Source: Gammaproteobacteria bacterium
GTDB taxonomy: Bacteria; Pseudomonadota; Gammaproteobacteria; Eutrophobiales; Eutrophobiaceae
NCBI GenBank assembly: GCA_028279365.1
Contig: JANQNX010000014.1
Location: 143,921-207,920, forward strand
Reading direction: 5' to 3'
Length of the DNA stretch: 64,000 bases
The notes under the pieces were generated by a model. It was given only the letters and a program-made list of their open reading frames with translations, had not been told where the DNA came from and ran no database searches. A program made the position numbers and the translations under genes. Each line of letters begins with the position of its first letter. The first letter of the stretch is position 1. This document shows, piece after piece, positions 45,693-58,005 of this stretch.

Positions 45693-47093
<1,401 letters not shown>

Positions 47094-47107
47094 CTAAATT
47101 ATACATG

Positions 47108-48151
47108 CTAAGGCCCGGGATTAGGATGCATCTCATGAATCGCCTCTATTTTCCTGATGAGGTCTTTACTCAAGTTGACATTGATACTGTCTATATCGGA
47201 TTTGAGTTGTGACATTGATGTCGCGCCAATAATGTTACTGGTCAGAAACGCACGTGAATTTACATAGGCTAATGCCATTTGTGCCGGGTCGAGTCCATTT
47301 TCTTTTGCCAGATTGACATAGGCGTCGGTTGCGGCAATCGCCTGCGTATTGGTGTAACGAGTAAAGCGATCAAATAGCACCAGCCGCGAACCTTCCGGCT
47401 TCGCGTTATTCAGGTATTTGCCACTGAGTACACCAAATGCGAGTGGCGAGTAGGCGAGCAGACCCACTTGCTCCCGATGTGCGAATTCAGCCAGTCCAAT
47501 TTCAAAGCTGCGATTGAGTAAGTTATAGGGATTCTGAATACTGACGATGCGCGGTGAATTATTCTCTCGAGAGACACGCAGATACTCGGCACAACCCCAG
47601 GCAGTTTCATTAGAAATACCAATCGTCCTGACCTTACCTGATTGCACAATTTCAGCGAGCACTGACAGGGTCTCTTCAATGGCAACGCCATCTTTTTCAG
47701 GGGCATGGTAGTAATTCAGTTTGCCAAAATAGTTGGTGTCGCGTTCCGGCCAATGCAGCTGATATAAGTCAAGATAGTCGGTTTGTAGCCGCTGCAACGA
47801 TGCATCAAGTGCTGCAGTAATATTCTTTTTATCCAGCTTCGCTTCGCCGTTGCGCAAGTAGGGTAACCATTCAGCTTGTGCACAGACTTTACTGGCGATA
47901 ATTAATTGATCGCGGTCGCTGCGTTTAGCTAACCAATTGCCGAGATAGGTCTCGGTCAGCCCCTGTGTTTCTGCCTTGGGTGCGACCGGATACATCTCTG
48001 CGGTATCAATGAAATTAATACCGGCGTCAATGGCATAATCCAACTGTTCATGTGCTTCCTGTTCAGTATTTTGCTCTCCCCAGGTCATGGTGCCGAGGCA
48101 CAATTGACTGACGCTGATATCCGTGTTTCCCAGTGTATTAAATTTCATCAT
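47108..48151 (-). CDS. tas: NADP(H)-dependent aldo-keto reductase Tas
   Basis: Collinear with E. coli Tas (LGLGTMTxGEQN...HxQLDYAxxxGINxIDxAEMYP ... IVxIQNPYxLLNRSFEVGLAE). Confidence 0.85.
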   Translation of the reverse strand: MMKFNTLGNTDISVSQLCLGTMTWGEQNTEQEAHEQLDYAIDAGINFIDTAEMYPVAPKAETQGLTETYLGNWLAKRSDRDQLIIASKVCAQAEWLPYLRNGEAKLDKKNITAALDASLQRLQTDYLDLYQLHWPERDTNYFGKLNYYHAPEKDGVAIEETLSVLAEIVQSGKVRTIGISNETAWGCAEYLRVSRENNSPRIVSIQNPYNLLNRSFEIGLAEFAHREQVGLLAYSPLAFGVLSGKYLNNAKPEGSRLVLFDRFTRYTNTQAIAATDAYVNLAKENGLDPAQMALAYVNSRAFLTSNIIGATSMSQLKSDIDSINVNLSKDLIRKIEAIHEMHPNPGP

Positions 48152-48237
48152 TACCTCGCGCGTTTCTCAATGACAGTTCAGACAATAGCACTGACTTATG
48201 ATACCTTTAAGTCATCGAATAAACTCAATTCTGTTGA

Positions 48238-49275
48238 TTGATGCAAACCCTGACAATTACGAAACCCGATGATTGGCACCTGCATGTGCGTGACGGTGAC
48301 ACATTGGCAAGCGTGGTGAATCATACTGCTGCCCAGTTTGCCCGCGCGATTATTATGCCTAACCTGCAACCACCTGTTGTCTCGACTGAAATGGCATTGG
48401 CTTACTATCAGCGGATTATGGCGGCCGTTGATAGTCGCTATCAATTTCAACCATTAATGACGCTTTATCTGACTGACAATACCTCGCCAGAAGAGATCAA
48501 GCTTGCGGCCAGCTGTGAACATGTCAAAGCGTTGAAATACTATCCTGCTGGTGCGACGACGAATTCTGATCAAGGGGTGACTGATTTTAAAAAGACTTAT
48601 CCTGCGCTTGAAGCAATGTCGGAGTTAGGCGTCTTGCTGCTATTGCATGGTGAGGTGACAGATAATCATATCGATGTGTTTGATCGAGAGGCAGTGTTCA
48701 TTGAAAAGATACTCTCCAGGCTGGTAGCTGATTTCCCGAATTTAAAAATTGTCTTTGAACATATCACCACCCGCGCAGCGGTCGAGTTTGTCATGCAAGC
48801 CGGTGACAACATTGCAGCAACCATCACACCGCAGCATATATTATTGAATCGAAATGATTTATTTCGGGGGGGATTACGCCCACATCATTACTGTTTACCT
48901 ATCCTGAAAGCGGAGGATGATCGGCAGGCAGTCATCGCTGCTGCAACCAGCGGTAACCCGAAATTCTTTCTCGGTACAGATAGCGCGCCGCATGCGCGTG
49001 GCAAAAAGGAAAGTGATTGCGGTTGTGCCGGTATTTATACCGCCCATATCGCATTGGAACTCTATGCTGAGGCCTTCGCCCGCGCTGATAAACTCGACAA
49101 ACTGGAGGCGTTTGCCAGTTTTTATGGCCCAGACTTTTATGGCCTGCCCAGAAATATCGATTCGGTCACGCTGATTAAACAGGAACAAACTGTGCCTGAT
49201 ACACTTCCGCTTGGTGACACTGTGCTGGTGCCGTTTCGTGCCGGCAGTAGCTGTAGCTGGCAACTACAACACTGA
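48238..49275 (+). CDS. pyrC: Dihydroorotase (class II)
   Basis: PDDWHLHx[14 protein letters not shown] and CGCAG motifs, collinear with E. coli PyrC. Confidence 0.9.
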   Translation: MMQTLTITKPDDWHLHVRDGDTLASVVNHTAAQFARAIIMPNLQPPVVSTEMALAYYQRIMAAVDSRYQFQPLMTLYLTDNTSPEEIKLAASCEHVKALKYYPAGATTNSDQGVTDFKKTYPALEAMSELGVLLLLHGEVTDNHIDVFDREAVFIEKILSRLVADFPNLKIVFEHITTRAAVEFVMQAGDNIAATITPQHILLNRNDLFRGGLRPHHYCLPILKAEDDRQAVIAAATSGNPKFFLGTDSAPHARGKKESDCGCAGIYTAHIALELYAEAFARADKLDKLEAFASFYGPDFYGLPRNIDSVTLIKQEQTVPDTLPLGDTVLVPFRAGSSCSWQLQH

Positions 49276-49282
49276 TTACATT

Positions 49283-49897
49283 GTGGATACTGTTGCAACA
49301 CGTTTTCGTGGTTTTCTGCCGGTGATAGTGGATGTGGAAACCGCTGGCTTTAATGCTGCCACCGATGCCTTATTGGAAATCGCTGCGGTCACGATAACTA
49401 TTAATGATGAAGAACAATGGTGTATCGATGAAACGATTTCAAAACATGTGGAACCGTTTGAGGGTGCGAATCTTGATAAAGAATCGCTGGAGTTCACCGG
49501 CATTGATCCCGACCATCCTTTTCGCAAACAAATCGCTGTCAGCGAAGTCGAGGCGCTGCAGGCAATCTTTAAACCAATTCGAACTAAAATCAAACAGCAT
49601 CATTGCAAGCGTGCCGTGCTGGTCGGACACAATGCACATTTCGATTTAGGCTTTTTAAATGCCTGTGTTGAACGCAATGATATTAAACGTAACCCGTTTC
49701 ATCCTTTCAGCATATTTGATACAGCTACCTTGTGCGGTTTGGCTTATGGTCAGACGGTTTTGTCGCGCGCGGCGAAAGAGGCTGGTCTGGAATGGGATAC
49801 GAAAGAGGCACATTCTGCTCGTTATGATGCAGAGCAGACGGCATTACTGTTTTGTGACATTGTGAATAAGTGGAATACATACTCGGGCGTAATTTAA
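49283..49897 (+). CDS. rnt: Ribonuclease T
   Basis: DEDDh exonuclease collinear with E. coli RNase T ([18 protein letters not shown], HNAxFD, HSAxYD). A GTG start at 49283 best fits the homolog's N-terminus; the track ATG at 49211 would overlap pyrC by 65 nt. Confidence 0.75.
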   Translation: MDTVATRFRGFLPVIVDVETAGFNAATDALLEIAAVTITINDEEQWCIDETISKHVEPFEGANLDKESLEFTGIDPDHPFRKQIAVSEVEALQAIFKPIRTKIKQHHCKRAVLVGHNAHFDLGFLNACVERNDIKRNPFHPFSIFDTATLCGLAYGQTVLSRAAKEAGLEWDTKEAHSARYDAEQTALLFCDIVNKWNTYSGVI

Positions 49898-49905
49898 GTT
49901 ATGAA

Positions 49906-50823
49906 TTAATAATACGCTTTCACCGGTGAAACAAAACCATTCGGTTTTAGAGCGAGCATGCCACAAGTTAATTGTTGCAAAATATTCTCAGCGGTGTTGC
50001 CAATAATAAAACCGGGAATGCCGTTTCTTGCTACTGTCCCCATCACCACCATATCAATCTTGTGTGTCTCGATATACTCGGGAATTTCTTCATTCGCTTT
50101 GCCTTTCTTCAGGATTAGACTGCCCGGCTTTTCTATTTTCGATTCTTCAAAAAGCGCGTCTATCGATTCTTTGTGGGCCAGTCGGGTGTCATCAAGCAGT
50201 TTGGTTAAGGTTTCAGCGTCGGTCTTTCCAAAGGCGGAATGTTTCAGAAAACTTTCATGTTCAAAATGCCAGCATGAAATAACATGGATAGTCCCATTCA
50301 GCATTGCATTCACTGCATAGCTCAGTTGCAGAAGTTTGATGCTCAGATCATGCCCTTCGGGCCTGTCGCTAAGCGGGTCGATGGCAACCAGGATCTGTGG
50401 GTTTTTATCAGTATGAAAATCTCTGTGAATCCAGACTGCACAAGGGCACTTTCGTAACAGATGCATGTCCAGCGATTTGAAACCAGAATGTTGTTGTGCA
50501 TCCAGCGGTTCTGATGACTTAATTACCAGGTCAATCTCGTTTTTCAGAACAAACTGGATAATCGCAACAAACTCAGGCGAGCTGGTTTGAAAAACAATCG
50601 GGCTGGCTTCGTTTATATTATGATGTTTGAGTTTTTCGCGAATTGAATCTTCGATAGTTTTTTGGAAGGCGGCCTGGGAATCAATCAACTCTTCCGGGAA
50701 CTTCGGATGCAATACCAGAAATGAGAGCTTACCATTGTTGGAAAAGCTCAGTGAGGCTGCGCGTTTTAGTACATCGTCTGATATCTGATTGGAGTAAACT
50801 ACAAAAAGGATATTCTTAAACAT
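49906..50823 (-). CDS. uspE: Tandem-domain universal stress protein UspE
   Basis: 305 aa with two Usp domains, collinear with E. coli UspE (HLLRKCPxPVW, GTVGRxGIxxxxxGNTAExV). Confidence 0.75.
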   Translation of the reverse strand: MFKNILFVVYSNQISDDVLKRAASLSFSNNGKLSFLVLHPKFPEELIDSQAAFQKTIEDSIREKLKHHNINEASPIVFQTSSPEFVAIIQFVLKNEIDLVIKSSEPLDAQQHSGFKSLDMHLLRKCPCAVWIHRDFHTDKNPQILVAIDPLSDRPEGHDLSIKLLQLSYAVNAMLNGTIHVISCWHFEHESFLKHSAFGKTDAETLTKLLDDTRLAHKESIDALFEESKIEKPGSLILKKGKANEEIPEYIETHKIDMVVMGTVARNGIPGFIIGNTAENILQQLTCGMLALKPNGFVSPVKAYY

Positions 50824-51155
50824 GGTGCGATACTATTACAGCTATAACTTAGGCAAAAATTAGATATTTTTATGTTACTAATTAGTCCGATGTATCAATA
50901 AAAATAGTTAGATTGTGATTATTTATCATCGTACGAAATAGAAAACAGAACATTATGTGTTGTGTTTTATCCAAAAGCATGGCTGATAGATAAATTCATT
51001 AAACTGTAATAATTTTGCAGTTACTGGATGATAGCATTTCATGTAGTTTGTTCAATGAGTGGTGCATGGACAGCATTTTGTAGTATGGAAAGTTTAAAAA
51101 AACAAAAAATTCATTTCCTTTTTTTCTGTTTATCCTCGGGTTAAGTCATAGTGCG

Positions 51156-52844
51156 GTGGCAGACATCACCGCATCGGGAAACTTGCCAATTAGCTATGAT
51201 GGCGTGTCCAATCCATGGATAGTTCGGCAGACAGAAATTTGTAATCCATTTATAGGTGGATGTTTTCTAATTCCTCTCAATGATGGCAATTTGGAACCGT
51301 TTGGCAATTTGGGTGTGTTTGGCTATGGTCCTGTAAGTGACTTAGCATTTAATTTACTGGAGATCGACAACGGCAGCGTCGTTATTAGTGAAGCGGGCTC
51401 TATAGGTTCTACCACCAGAATGTCTGGTTCTCATATTCTTACTGACGGGCATGGTGCCGTTGTTATCAAAGATCCCGGCAGTCAATGGATTAATCATGGC
51501 CGTTTGACGGTTGCGGCAGGTAGCGATGACGCATCCTTAGATGTGCTAAACGGGGCCTATGTAAACAGCGCCGAAGGCGCAATTAATCAAACCGGGATAG
51601 TGACCATATCTGGAGCTGGGTCCACTTGGTATAACGAAAACGGCCTGGAGGTAAATGGTGGTAGTATAAAAATTGAGAATGGTGCCCGACTAAGTAATTC
51701 AGTCGGTATCTTTAACTATCGTCCCTTTAATTCCTCATTTATTGACTATTCATCCTATCTTAGTTTATCAGGTTCCGTGACAATTTCCGGAGCGGGTTCT
51801 GTTTGGGAAAACAGACAGAGTAATAACCCAACACCGTATGATAGGTTATATATAGATGGTTCAGTGTTAATCGAAGACGGCGCCAGATTGGAAACCGTAA
51901 ATACATTTGTACGATTTGGTTTTGACACACAAAATATAACTGTAACGGGTACTGGGTCAACTTGGGAAAATCAGAACAATATTTTCGTCTCAAACCGATT
52001 AACTGTTTCAGACGGGGCCAAGGTAGTGACGAAAACGTCGACTTTTGACAACAGTGAAGTGTTGATCGATGGTTCAGGCTCCGAATTAACTATTCAGGAA
52101 AGTGCTCTTGTATTTGGCGGTCGTTTGAGTATTGTCAATCAGGCTTCTGTCAGCGGAAATGGCAGTTATAGTCAACGTGGTCGGCGTTCATTTAGCCTCG
52201 AAGAAGGCGTGCAATATTCTGGATTAACTACAGTTAACGGTATATTAGCATTTGATGGTGTGGAGATAATTGAGAGTAAAATTAATGGTAATGGAGATAT
52301 CAACGCTAACAACGTTTCAATAATCAATAGCTCGATAGAAGTGGGGGACAATCAGGAAACTGATATTTTTACCATTAACGGTGATCTATCGCTAATTAAT
52401 TCCATACTGGAAATTGATATTACGTCAACGGAAGAAATAAATAACATAGCAAGAATAAGAACTAACAGTTCTGATGTTTTACAGGTTTCAGGCACGACTA
52501 CAATTGAAAGAAGTTTTTTTTGGGGGGGCACTATTGAAGGTCCCGCGACCAACATCCTCTTCGATCTGACTGAATATGTCCCTATTTTGCAGACAGAAAC
52601 GTATACTTTTTTAACTGCTGATGAAATTTTATTTCAGGGTCTGGATATAGATGAGCTAATCGTAACTTTTTTGACTTCGTCCTCGTACAGTTTTGACTGG
52701 TTTATTGAACAGGTCCAGTTCAATGGCGGCCAGGCATTAAACTTAACGCTAGTTAACTCCGTACCGTTGCCAGCGGCTTTTTGGTTGATGAGCTTTGCCT
52801 TACTAGGTTTAATCCCTTTTAAAGCCTGTCGTTGTTCAAGCTAG
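51156..52844 (+). CDS. VPLPA-CTERM beta-helical repeat surface protein (N-terminus disrupted by T7 frameshift; intact form would start at ATG 51085)
   Basis: About 35 aa repeats (TISGAGSTW.N...G..L...) resembling autotransporter-associated beta-strand repeats. C-terminus ...NSVPLPAAFWLMSFALLGLIPFK. The in-frame upstream sequence encodes ...FPFFLFILGLSHSAVA (a signal peptide) but has no start codon. An ATG at 51085 in the +1 frame would join it if the T7 run at 51119-51125 were T8. Confidence 0.65.
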   Translation: MADITASGNLPISYDGVSNPWIVRQTEICNPFIGGCFLIPLNDGNLEPFGNLGVFGYGPVSDLAFNLLEIDNGSVVISEAGSIGSTTRMSGSHILTDGHGAVVIKDPGSQWINHGRLTVAAGSDDASLDVLNGAYVNSAEGAINQTGIVTISGAGSTWYNENGLEVNGGSIKIENGARLSNSVGIFNYRPFNSSFIDYSSYLSLSGSVTISGAGSVWENRQSNNPTPYDRLYIDGSVLIEDGARLETVNTFVRFGFDTQNITVTGTGSTWENQNNIFVSNRLTVSDGAKVVTKTSTFDNSEVLIDGSGSELTIQESALVFGGRLSIVNQASVSGNGSYSQRGRRSFSLEEGVQYSGLTTVNGILAFDGVEIIESKINGNGDINANNVSIINSSIEVGDNQETDIFTINGDLSLINSILEIDITSTEEINNIARIRTNSSDVLQVSGTTTIERSFFWGGTIEGPATNILFDLTEYVPILQTETYTFLTADEILFQGLDIDELIVTFLTSSSYSFDWFIEQVQFNGGQALNLTLVNSVPLPAAFWLMSFALLGLIPFKACRCSS

Positions 52845-52845
52845 A

Positions 52846-54156
52846 TTAAGCTCTTATTTTTGTTTCCCACTCGGTCGCTTTTTTCATCAAGCTACTGTAT
52901 TCGATGGTCGTCAATTCACGATTGGCTAAAACTTGTTTGCCCGCTATCCAAACATCCGTGACTTGCTGGCGGTTGCCGCTGTAGACCAGTTGTGAAATCG
53001 GTTCGAAATTTGGCAGTGTTTCTAACTGTTCAAGATTGATAGCGACGATATCGGCCTGTTTACCCTTTTTCAAAGAACCGATCTGTTCGCTTAAACCCAA
53101 TGCTTTGGCACCATTAATCGTTGCGGCCGCTAAAGCAGCAGGGGCAGCTAACGCAGTGCTATCTTGAGCGACGCCTTTTGCCAGTAAAGCGGCAGTGCGC
53201 ATTTCGCCAAACATATCCAGATCATTATTACTGGCGACACCGTCGGTACCAATGCAAACATTGACCTTGGCATCCATCAATTGTTTAACTGGACAAAAGC
53301 CGCTGGCAAGTTTGAGGTTGGACTCGGGACAGTGAGCGATACTTACACCTAGCTTGGCTAGATTCTGTATTTCAGCTGGTTCTAACTGCGTCATGTGGAC
53401 AGCTAATAGGCGCGGACTCAACAAGCCCAGTTCTTCCAGGCGTTGTAAGGGTCGCTTGCCGGTGTTTTCAACGGCCTGTGCCACCTCGTCAGCCGTTTCA
53501 TGGATATGCATATGAATCGGAATATCGAGTTCTTCTGCCAGCACACTGATACGCTTTAGTGGTTCATCAGAGACGGTATACGGGGCATGCGGTGCAAAGG
53601 CCGTATTAACCAGCGGTGCATGTCGATAATTATCATGGACTTGCTCGCCTTTTAAAATGTACTCATCGGCGTCTTTAGCCCAGGCGGTCGGGAAATCAAT
53701 CAAGATTAGGCCGACGACAACGCGCATACCCACGTTTGCACAGACCTCTGCAGTTTTATCGGGGAAAAAATACATATCGTTAAAACAGGTGGTGCCGCCA
53801 CGTATCATTTCGGCTATCGCGAGTTGTGAGCCTTCATTAACGAATTCAGGATCGACCCATTTCTGCTCGGCTGGCCAAATATGGTTATTCAACCATTCCA
53901 TTAATGGTAAATCGTCCGCCAGTCCGCGAAATAGATTCATCGATGCATGCGTATGGGCGTTGATCAATCCCGGGATCAATACATGACTATTAAGCACAAA
54001 CTCATTGTTAGCAGAATATTTTTGTTTTGCTGTTTCGGTTGGCAGGATCGCGTCAATCTTGCCAGCGTGAATTGCCAGAGAATGGTCCTTCAATACCTGG
54101 CCATGAGGTTCTACCGGGATAATCCATTTTGCGTTTAACAACGTATCAATATTCAC
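52846..54156 (-). CDS. mtaD: TRZ/ATZ-family amidohydrolase, probable 5'-methylthioadenosine/S-adenosylhomocysteine deaminase
   Basis: Metal-binding HxH (INAHTHASM), HxHETADE and a conserved D near the C-terminus. It is divergent from mtnA, a methionine-salvage context. Confidence 0.7.
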   Translation of the reverse strand: MNIDTLLNAKWIIPVEPHGQVLKDHSLAIHAGKIDAILPTETAKQKYSANNEFVLNSHVLIPGLINAHTHASMNLFRGLADDLPLMEWLNNHIWPAEQKWVDPEFVNEGSQLAIAEMIRGGTTCFNDMYFFPDKTAEVCANVGMRVVVGLILIDFPTAWAKDADEYILKGEQVHDNYRHAPLVNTAFAPHAPYTVSDEPLKRISVLAEELDIPIHMHIHETADEVAQAVENTGKRPLQRLEELGLLSPRLLAVHMTQLEPAEIQNLAKLGVSIAHCPESNLKLASGFCPVKQLMDAKVNVCIGTDGVASNNDLDMFGEMRTAALLAKGVAQDSTALAAPAALAAATINGAKALGLSEQIGSLKKGKQADIVAINLEQLETLPNFEPISQLVYSGNRQQVTDVWIAGKQVLANRELTTIEYSSLMKKATEWETKIRA

Positions 54157-54254
54157 GATGATTTAATGTCCTGTTAAAGTTCTAAACAACTGATTATGCT
54201 GCACACTATATTCATCTTTTTATCAGATTGCATTAGAGGAGATAGGTAACGCCA

Positions 54255-55286
54255 ATGGCAGAATCATTTGCCGCTGTCCAATGGAATAAAGGCATGTTGA
54301 CCTTGTTGGATCAGCGCAAGCTTCCGCAGGAGCTGATCTATCTCGATTACGATAGCTGCCATGAGGTGGCTGATGCGATTACTAATATGGTAGTGCGAGG
54401 CGCGCCTGCAATCGGGATTGCTGCTGCCTACGCGGTCGTGTTTGCTGCCCGCCATGCCTATCAGGAAGATATAGAAAATTGGCGAAAGCTAATTGAACCT
54501 GCATTACAATATCTCGCGGATGCCAGACCCACAGCGGTCAATTTGTCCTGGGCGATAGCAGAAATGCGACAGGCATTTGATGAAATCACCGGCGATCCTG
54601 AACACTATTTATTAGAACAGGCAAAGCGTATTCATCAAGACGACATTGCTGCAAATCAGCAGATGGGGCGACTGGGTGCTGAATTGATTCAGCCAAACAG
54701 TCATGTGTTGACGCATTGTAATGCCGGAGCATTGGCCACCGGTGGCTATGGAACGGCCCTGGGTGTGATCCGTAGCGCTTACCAAAAAGGGTTGATTGAT
54801 CATGTTTATGCGTCTGAGACGCGTCCATGGATGCAGGGCGCAAGGCTAACCAGTTGGGAGTTACAACAGGATGCCATTCCGGTTAGTCTGGTGATTGATT
54901 CGGCAGCGGCTACGTTGATGCATTCAGGTACAGTGCAATGGCTGATCGTTGGCTCAGATCGCATTGCTGCTAATGGTGATGCGGCAAATAAAATTGGTAC
55001 CTACTCTCATGCCGTTAATGCCAAACATCATGGCATAAAAGTGATGGTGGTAGCGCCATCGTCGACTGTCGATATGAGTCTGGAATCGGGTAGCCAAATT
55101 CCGATTGAGCACCGAACCGCTAGCGAGATTACTGCCATTCAGCAGATGCCTGTAGCGCCAAAAAATATGGACGCAATCAATCCTGCATTCGATGTGACAC
55201 CAGCAGAATTAATTGATGCGATCGTCACTGAAAAAGGTGTCGTGAACAAACCCGATACTGAAAAAATGCGATCTGTATTTCATTGA
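54255..55286 (+). CDS. mtnA: S-methyl-5-thioribose-1-phosphate isomerase
   Basis: eIF-2B alpha/beta/delta-like MtnA family (GAPAIG, CNAGALAT, the GSDRIAANGD motif). Confidence 0.85.
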   Translation: MAESFAAVQWNKGMLTLLDQRKLPQELIYLDYDSCHEVADAITNMVVRGAPAIGIAAAYAVVFAARHAYQEDIENWRKLIEPALQYLADARPTAVNLSWAIAEMRQAFDEITGDPEHYLLEQAKRIHQDDIAANQQMGRLGAELIQPNSHVLTHCNAGALATGGYGTALGVIRSAYQKGLIDHVYASETRPWMQGARLTSWELQQDAIPVSLVIDSAAATLMHSGTVQWLIVGSDRIAANGDAANKIGTYSHAVNAKHHGIKVMVVAPSSTVDMSLESGSQIPIEHRTASEITAIQQMPVAPKNMDAINPAFDVTPAELIDAIVTEKGVVNKPDTEKMRSVFH

Positions 55287-55348
55287 TTTTAAAAGGGTTA
55301 TTGAAGTAAAAAAAATGAAATAAAAGTAGGGTAAATCGCTTCGATATG

Positions 55349-55376
55349 TTAGAATTTGCAGCTTCAAAATTATAAT
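55349..55376 (+). promoter_or_regulatory. Putative sigma70 promoter of gyrA
   Basis: TTAGAA-16 nt-TATAAT, about 40 nt upstream of the gyrA ATG. Confidence 0.3.
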
Positions 55377-55416
55377 AATTTAAGGCTTTTTTACTTCCTT
55401 TTTTCATCAATGGTTT

Positions 55417-57975
55417 ATGTCTGAATCTGATTTCGCGCGGGCGCTTTCCCAGGTAAATATCGAAGACGAAATGCGGCAATCCTATATGGATTACGCAATG
55501 AGCGTCATTGTCGGTCGAGCATTGCCCGATGTTCGTGACGGTCTTAAACCGGTGCATCGTCGTGTGCTCTATGCGATGAAAGAAATGGGCATTGAATATA
55601 ATAAGGCCTATAAGAAGTCGGCGAGAGTCGTCGGTGATGTGATTGGTAAATATCATCCGCATGGCGATACTGCAGTTTACGATACCATTGTGCGCATGGC
55701 GCAGCCGTTCTCGTTACGCTACGTATTGATAGACGGTCAGGGTAATTTCGGGTCGGTCGATGGTGATGCGCCGGCGGCGATGCGTTATACCGAAGTGCGC
55801 ATGTCACGTATTGCGCATGAGATCCTGGAAGACATTGATAAAGACACGGTCGATTTTGCGCCTAACTATGACGGTTCCGAGCAGGAGCCAGTGGTACTGC
55901 CGACCCGCATTCCGAATTTACTGGTTAATGGTTCCAGCGGCATTGCCGTGGGCATGGCGACTAATATTCCGCCACATAATTTAAGCGAGGTGATTTCGGC
56001 TTGTCTTGCCCTAATCGATAATCCGGATTGTTCTATTGCTGAACTCATGCAGCATATCCCCGGACCGGATTTTCCAACTGCAGCCATCATTAATGGTTCA
56101 TCAGGTATCCGTGAGGCTTATGAAACCGGGCGTGGTCGCATTTACATTCGCGCTAGAACCGAGATCGAAGAACTGGAATCAGGTAATCGGATCATCATTC
56201 ACGAATTACCTTATCAGGTAAATAAGGCGCGTTTACTGGAAAAAATTGCCGAGTTAGTGAAAGACAAAAAAGTGACCGGCATACGCGAGCTTCGCGACGA
56301 ATCAGATAAAGATGGCATGCGTGTTGTGATTGAACTGAAGCGTGGCGAAGTCGGTGAAGTGATTCTGAATAATTTGTATAAGTTTACCCAAATGCAGTCA
56401 GTGTTCGGCATTAACATCGTGGCATTGGCAGACAATCAACCACGCTTGATGAATCTGAAAGATTTGCTGGAAGCGTTTGTCAGTCATCGACGTGAAGTTG
56501 TGACGCGAAGAACCTTATTTGAACTCAGAAAAGCCCGAAATCGCGCACATATTTTAGAAGGTCTCGCCGTTGCACTCGCTAATATCGATCCGGTTATTGC
56601 GCTGATTAAACAATCAGCCAGTCCTGCCGAGGCGAAACAAGGGCTGCTTGATGAACTTTGGGAGTCAGGTACCGTTGTAGAGATGCTACAACGTGCCGGT
56701 GCTGAGGCCTCGCGTCCGGAAGAACTTGCAGCAGAGTTTGGACTACAGGAAGGGGGTTATCGTTTGTCGCCGGAACAGGCGCAGGCCATTCTTGAATTAC
56801 GTTTACAAAAATTAACTGGCCTCGAAAAAGAAAAAATACTCAAGGAATATGCTGATTTACTAGATGTCATTGCTGACTTGCTGGACATCCTCTCCAGACC
56901 TGAACGTTTGATGGAAGTCATACGTGACGAACTGGATGACGTTAAGGAGCGTTACGGTGATGAACGTAAGACTGAAATTGTTCAGACCCAGCAAGACCTG
57001 AGTATGGAAGATTTGATCACTGAAGAGGATGTAGTCGTGACCTTGTCTCATGCCGGCTATGCCAAATCGCAACCGATCGATACCTATCGTTCACAACGTC
57101 GTGGTGGACGTGGAAAATCGGCAACATCAGTCAAAGATGAAGACTTTATCGATAAGCTATTTATTGCCAGTACGCACGATACGATTTTATGTTTTTCCAG
57201 TCGCGGTAAATTGTATTGGTTGAAGGTTTACGAGTTACCGCAGGCAAGTCGAACCGCGCGTGGAAAACCGATCGTTAATTTACTGCCATTAGAAGACGGT
57301 GAGCAGATAAATGCTATCTTGCCGATCAGGGAGTTTAGTGAAGATAAGTTTTTATTCATGGCAACCGCGGATGGTACGGTCAAGAAAACCTCGCTGGCCG
57401 AATTTTCCCGGCCCAGACCCAGCGGTATCCGTGCAATTGAACTGGTTGCAGGTAACAAGCTGATTGGTGTCGAGCTGACTGATGGAGCACATGACATCAT
57501 GCTTTTCAGTAATGCTGGTAAGGTAGTGCGTTTCCCGGAATCACACGTGCGGGCAATGGGACGAACCGCCAAAGGTGTCAGGGGAATACGCCTTCAGGAG
57601 GGCCAAAAAGTTATTTCTCTTATTATCGTTAACGGTAAAGATGAAACGATATTGACAGCAACAGAAAATGGTTATGGCAAACGCACGGCCACTGAAGATT
57701 ATCCGCAAAAGTCTAGAGGTGGATCTGGTGTGATCTCGATTCAGGTATCGGAACGTAACGGCTCGGTGGTGGGTGCGGTCGCGGTTGCCAATGATGACGA
57801 GATCATGTTGATCAGCGATCAAGGTACCTTAATCAGAACGCCGGTCAGTGATATTTCCGTGTTTGGCAGAAACACGCAAGGTGTGAGGCTGGTTAATCTG
57901 GATGAGTCAGAACATCTGGCCGGACTGGAGCGTATTGTCGAATATAACGACGACGAGTCGTCTTCTGATTCCTGA
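55417..57975 (+). CDS. gyrA: DNA gyrase subunit A
   Basis: Near-identical N-terminal region to E. coli GyrA including [15 protein letters not shown] and the active-site Tyr region. Acidic C-terminal tail. Confidence 0.95.
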   Translation: MSESDFARALSQVNIEDEMRQSYMDYAMSVIVGRALPDVRDGLKPVHRRVLYAMKEMGIEYNKAYKKSARVVGDVIGKYHPHGDTAVYDTIVRMAQPFSLRYVLIDGQGNFGSVDGDAPAAMRYTEVRMSRIAHEILEDIDKDTVDFAPNYDGSEQEPVVLPTRIPNLLVNGSSGIAVGMATNIPPHNLSEVISACLALIDNPDCSIAELMQHIPGPDFPTAAIINGSSGIREAYETGRGRIYIRARTEIEELESGNRIIIHELPYQVNKARLLEKIAELVKDKKVTGIRELRDESDKDGMRVVIELKRGEVGEVILNNLYKFTQMQSVFGINIVALADNQPRLMNLKDLLEAFVSHRREVVTRRTLFELRKARNRAHILEGLAVALANIDPVIALIKQSASPAEAKQGLLDELWESGTVVEMLQRAGAEASRPEELAAEFGLQEGGYRLSPEQAQAILELRLQKLTGLEKEKILKEYADLLDVIADLLDILSRPERLMEVIRDELDDVKERYGDERKTEIVQTQQDLSMEDLITEEDVVVTLSHAGYAKSQPIDTYRSQRRGGRGKSATSVKDEDFIDKLFIASTHDTILCFSSRGKLYWLKVYELPQASRTARGKPIVNLLPLEDGEQINAILPIREFSEDKFLFMATADGTVKKTSLAEFSRPRPSGIRAIELVAGNKLIGVELTDGAHDIMLFSNAGKVVRFPESHVRAMGRTAKGVRGIRLQEGQKVISLIIVNGKDETILTATENGYGKRTATEDYPQKSRGGSGVISIQVSERNGSVVGAVAVANDDEIMLISDQGTLIRTPVSDISVFGRNTQGVRLVNLDESEHLAGLERIVEYNDDESSSDS

Positions 57976-58005
57976 ATCTTTAGGTCTAGCCAGACCAGTG
58001 ACAAC

